Shown here: positions 60,427 through 64,000 of the stretch, one piece after another
Position numbering within the stretch: position 1 is the stretch's first letter
Layout: each line of letters begins with the position of its first letter
Assembly: GCA_947631415.1 (NCBI GenBank)
Contig: CANRLG010000002.1
Span: 15,661 to 79,660 of the forward strand
DNA length: 64,000 nucleotides
Direction of reading: 5' to 3'
Origin: an uncultured Clostridia bacterium
GTDB lineage: Bacteria > Bacillota > Clostridia > TANB77 > CAG-465
The notes under the pieces: generated by a model
The model's database searches: none
Seen by the model: only the letters and a program-made list of their open reading frames with translations
Told to the model about the DNA's origin: nothing
Position numbers and translations under genes: made by a program

Positions 60427-61077
60427 TTGTTTGATATATTTTCAAAAGAAGGATTGATTTCTTTTTTTATAATGCTACCTGCACTTTTAATATCTTTATC
60501 TATTCATGAGTATGCACACGCATTTGTAGCATACAAGTTAGGAGATACATCTCAGAAATTAAGAGGCAGATTAACATTAAATCCTTTTAGACATATAGAT
60601 TTATTTGGTTTTATTTCAATAATACTCTTAGGAGTTGGTTGGGGTAAACCTGTTATGATAGATGATAGAAATTTTAAAAATAGAGCAAGAGGAAATATGC
60701 TTACAGCACTTGCAGGACCTGTTTCTAATTTACTACTTGCCATTTTTTTAACAATAGCATTAAAAGTAGTAGCTATGTGTGGGCTTTTGTCTGGAAATGT
60801 AAGTTATGTTGCAAGTATTATATTGCAAATGGTATTAACAGCAATACAGTTTAATGTAATATTTTGCGTATTTAATTTAATACCACTTCCACCACTTGAT
60901 GGTTCAAAAGTACTTGCATATTTTCTACCTCAAAAATTAAGAGGATATATGTATTATCTTGAAAGATATTCATTTATTATCATTTTAGTTTTATGGTGTA
61001 CTAATTTATCATATTATTTAATACAACCTGCATATAACCTAATTGCTAAATTATTAGGATTTATACTTGGATTATAA
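60427..61077 (+). CDS. site-2 protease family (M50) zinc metalloprotease, short membrane form
   Basis: HExxH within a TM helix (SIHEYAHAF) and a second motif LNLIPLPPLDGS. TTG start with ggagatga RBS. Confidence 0.7.
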   Translation: MFDIFSKEGLISFFIMLPALLISLSIHEYAHAFVAYKLGDTSQKLRGRLTLNPFRHIDLFGFISIILLGVGWGKPVMIDDRNFKNRARGNMLTALAGPVSNLLLAIFLTIALKVVAMCGLLSGNVSYVASIILQMVLTAIQFNVIFCVFNLIPLPPLDGSKVLAYFLPQKLRGYMYYLERYSFIIILVLWCTNLSYYLIQPAYNLIAKLLGFILGL

Positions 61078-61095
61078 TATAGAAAGGAAATACAA

Positions 61096-62097
61096 ATGAT
61101 TTGTTTAGGAATTGAAAGTAGTTGTGATGAAACAGCTGTTGCTATAATTGAAGATGGAAGAAAAGTACTTGCAAATATTGTTTCAACGCAAATACCTATA
61201 CATAAAAAATTTGGAGGAGTAGTGCCTGAAATAGCTTCACGTAAACATTTAACAAATATTGCTTTTGTGGTTAAAGAGGCTTTGGATACTGCAAATATTG
61301 GATTTAAGGATATAGACTACATAGGTGTAACTTATGGACCAGGTCTTATAGGGGCACTTCTAGTAGGAGTAGCGTATGCTAAATCTTTAGCCTATGCACT
61401 AAATATACCAATAGTGCCAACACATCATATAGAGGGGCATATTGCAGCAAACTACTTGACTTATGAGAAACTTGAGCCACCATTTTTAGCTTTAGTTGTT
61501 TCTGGTGGACATACTCATTTAATACATGTAAAAAATTATACAGAATTTGATATAATAGGAAAAACAAGAGATGATGCAGTTGGAGAGGCTTTTGATAAAG
61601 TAGCTCGTGTACTCAATCTTCCATATCCAGGAGGACCAGAAGTAAGTAAGCTAGCACAAGAAGGTAAATTTACATATAATTTACCAAAAACAAAATTTGA
61701 GAATTTAGATTTTAGTTTTAGTGGTATAAAGACAGCAGTAATAAATATTGCACATAAAGAAGGAGATAAACTTAATAAAGCTGATCTTGCATGTTCTTTT
61801 GAACAAACAGTTACAGATGAATTAATAGAAAACTGTATGAAAGCAATGAAACAATTAAACACAAATAAAGTTGTACTTGCAGGGGGAGTATCTGCAAATA
61901 GAGTGCTTAGAGAAAAACTTGAAAAAGCGTGCAAAGAAAGAAAATATGAGTGTTATCTTCCAGATTTAAAATACTGCACAGATAATGCGGCTATGATTGC
62001 AAGTGCAGCTCACTTTAATTATATTTCAGGAAAGAAATACGATATATTAGATAAATTAAATTTGAATGCAATAGCTAATTTAAAGATAGGGGAGTAG
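61096..62097 (+). CDS. tsaD: tRNA N6-adenosine threonylcarbamoyltransferase (TsaD/Gcp)
   Basis: Motifs LGIESSCDETAVAI and HIEGHI...GGVSAN characteristic of the Kae1/TsaD family. Confidence 0.9.
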   Translation: MICLGIESSCDETAVAIIEDGRKVLANIVSTQIPIHKKFGGVVPEIASRKHLTNIAFVVKEALDTANIGFKDIDYIGVTYGPGLIGALLVGVAYAKSLAYALNIPIVPTHHIEGHIAANYLTYEKLEPPFLALVVSGGHTHLIHVKNYTEFDIIGKTRDDAVGEAFDKVARVLNLPYPGGPEVSKLAQEGKFTYNLPKTKFENLDFSFSGIKTAVINIAHKEGDKLNKADLACSFEQTVTDELIENCMKAMKQLNTNKVVLAGGVSANRVLREKLEKACKERKYECYLPDLKYCTDNAAMIASAAHFNYISGKKYDILDKLNLNAIANLKIGE

Positions 62098-62105
62098 GTG
62101 ATTGA

Positions 62106-62813
62106 ATGGCAATATATGCAATATCAGATTTGCATTTGGCTTTTGGTGTGGATAAACCAATGAATATATTTGGAGATGTTTGGGATAATTATGAAGAAAC
62201 AATAAAAAATAATTGGAAAGAAACTGTAAAAGAAGAAGATACAGTAATAATACCTGGAGATATTTCATGGGCTATGACACTAGAAGAAAGTGTAAAAGAT
62301 TTTGAATATATAGCTAGTTTACCAGGAAACAAAATATTAGTTAAGGGAAATCATGATTACTATTTTTCTACCAAAACTAAAATGCTAAATTTCTTTAAAG
62401 AACATGGTTTTAATAATTTTCAAATTTTGCACAACAATGCTATTGTTGTAGAAAATTATATTATATGCGGTACAAGAGGCTGGGGAAAAGTGGATGGAAA
62501 TACTGCCGAGCAAGATAAAAAAATAATTGAAAGAGAAGAAAAAAGATTAATTCTTTCATTAAAAGAAGGAAAAAAACTTCAAGAAAGTTATTTAGAAAAA
62601 GGAGAAAAAAAAGGTATAATAGTTGCACTTCATTTTCCACCATTTATATCTAATTTTCAAGAGATTATGAAAGAATATGGTGTAGAAAAATGCATATATG
62701 GGCATTTACATGGTTATGGTCATACTACGGTAAAAGAAGGAAGTATAGATGGAATTGAGTATAAAATGGTTGGATGCGATTATACTAAAATGAATTTAAT
62801 AAAATTAAATTAA
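62106..62813 (+). CDS. metallophosphoesterase (calcineurin-like phosphoesterase)
   Basis: Motifs ISDLHLA, IIPGDIS and VKGNHDYY. RBS ggggagtaggtg upstream. Confidence 0.75.
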   Translation: MAIYAISDLHLAFGVDKPMNIFGDVWDNYEETIKNNWKETVKEEDTVIIPGDISWAMTLEESVKDFEYIASLPGNKILVKGNHDYYFSTKTKMLNFFKEHGFNNFQILHNNAIVVENYIICGTRGWGKVDGNTAEQDKKIIEREEKRLILSLKEGKKLQESYLEKGEKKGIIVALHFPPFISNFQEIMKEYGVEKCIYGHLHGYGHTTVKEGSIDGIEYKMVGCDYTKMNLIKLN

Positions 62814-62864
62814 AAAGATTTACATTTTATGTAAGTCTTTTATTTTACTTAATTTACATAATAC

Positions 62865-62893
62865 TTGACAAAATATTATTAAAATGCTATAAT
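62865..62893 (+). promoter_or_regulatory. consensus sigma-A promoter (TTGACA, 17-nt spacer, TATAAT) for the TelA-like gene
   Basis: Direct sequence match to the consensus. Confidence 0.5.
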
Positions 62894-62954
62894 TTGGAAC
62901 GTACATGAGATATTAACTTTTTTAGAATAATTTAAAAAAAGGGAGGATATAAAA

Positions 62955-64000
62955 ATGAGTGATAAGAGGTCAAATCAAGAAGAAATTGATAAGACAAATG
63001 AGCAAGAAAGCAAATTAATTGTTCCAGATGTAAATGAAATGAGTAAGGATGTCAAACCACTTAACTTAGATGTAGCTTTTGAAAAGTATTCTGATGAAGA
63101 AAAAAGAGAGATATTAGCATTAGCAGACTCTATTGATTTAACAAAAATAGATAACATTATGCAATATCGGAGCGACAGCATTAGTTAATACATTTGAGCA
63201 ATGTGGGAATTTTTTAAAAGATGAAAAAGGTTCAGAGGCTGACCAAAAGATTATTAAAGAAGTAATTGCATTAACAGATAAGGCAAATAAATCTTATGAA
63301 GATTTTCAACTTCAAATTAAAGAGCCTAATGCAGTTCAAAAACTAATTTTGAAAGTTTCAAGTGTAGCTAAAAAAGCACGTACTAAAAAGATACAATCAG
63401 CTGCTGTTAATAACTATAAGTTACTAATAGAATTGCAAAATTCTTGTAAATCATGGATAGATACATTAGTAGAATCTATGGGAGAAATATATAATTCTTT
63501 TGAATCAGATTTAGAGAATGTAACTTTACTTGAAAAGTATATTATTGCAGGAAATAAAGCTAAATCTAGATTAGAACAAGAAGTAAAAAGATTAGAAAGC
63601 GAGGCAAATAGTTCAGGTCTTCAAGAAGATATGGCAAAATATGAAGGGGCTAAACTTTCTTATGAAACTTTTATTGTAGTGTTAAATAATCTTGAAAGGT
63701 CAAGACTAGTATATAATTTAAGTGCTAGTGAACTATCTCAAATTAAAAAGAGTAATCTTCAAACTCAAGTTGGTATAAGAACTCAAATGAACAACAGTAT
63801 GGCATTACTTGGACAACAATTAAGGAATGCTGTGCATAATGCTAAAAATCAAGATGTAATTGAGGGACAAAAAGCTATTAATAGACTAAATGATGAACTT
63901 ATGGTTTATGTATCAGAGTCTGTAAAAAATACTTCTTTAGATTCAACTAAGCTAATGTATAATGGCTTTTGTGATGTTGAAGCTGCAAAAAAGGCCGTAA
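62955..64000 (+). pseudogene. TelA/KlaA-family (toxic anion resistance-like) gene interrupted by a +1 frameshift near 63150-63190; 3'-partial at the window end
   Basis: Frame 0 (62955..63188) gives the TelA-like N-terminus (...EEKREILALADSIDLTKIDNIMQYRSDSIS*). An ORF open to the window end starts in frame +1 at 63151 and continues the family (...NFLKDEKGSEADQ...). Either a real frameshift or a sequencing error. Confidence 0.5.

Overview
This window is a 64 kb chromosomal segment from a low-GC (about 27-28 % GC by eye) endospore-forming Firmicute. Its gene content (spoIIE, spoIVA, comEC, the clpE-type ATPase, Asn-rich proteins) is Clostridium-like. Coding is dense on both strands and is mostly housekeeping. 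Recognisable genes include a partial Y-family polymerase, a DAHP synthase, a four-subunit 2-oxoacid:ferredoxin oxidoreductase, comEC, clpE-like, scpB, addB, spoIIE, dnaE, a stomatin/NfeD pair, an M23 peptidase, rpsO, an asnS-aspS-gpsA-like-methyltransferase operon, rmuC, tRNA-Leu(UAG), nth, rpmB, pyk, spoIVA, pyrG, tsaD and a TelA-like gene interrupted by a frameshift. I found no integrase, transposase, CRISPR array or rRNA. The accessory-looking content is as follows:
- A collagen-like (GPT-repeat) protein with an Asn/Cys-rich head, built from 99-bp near-perfect tandem repeats, sits next to a GT2-TPR glycosyltransferase. I read this as a candidate spore-surface/exosporium glycoprotein module.
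- A 1962-aa secreted protein combines repeated adhesin-like modules with a C-terminal type I dockerin.
- Two paralogous membrane-anchored proteins lie downstream of comEC.
- An acidic AT-hook protein lies upstream of spoIIE.
- A GlmU-like function appears split over two adjacent genes.
- A DtxR-family regulator is translationally coupled to an unknown 506-aa protein directly upstream of spoIVA.
- A two-gene micro-operon encodes 50-aa and 22-aa peptides.
- A long promoter-plus-terminator leader precedes the DAHP synthase gene.
All calls rest on reading motifs in the supplied translations and DNA; no database searches were possible.
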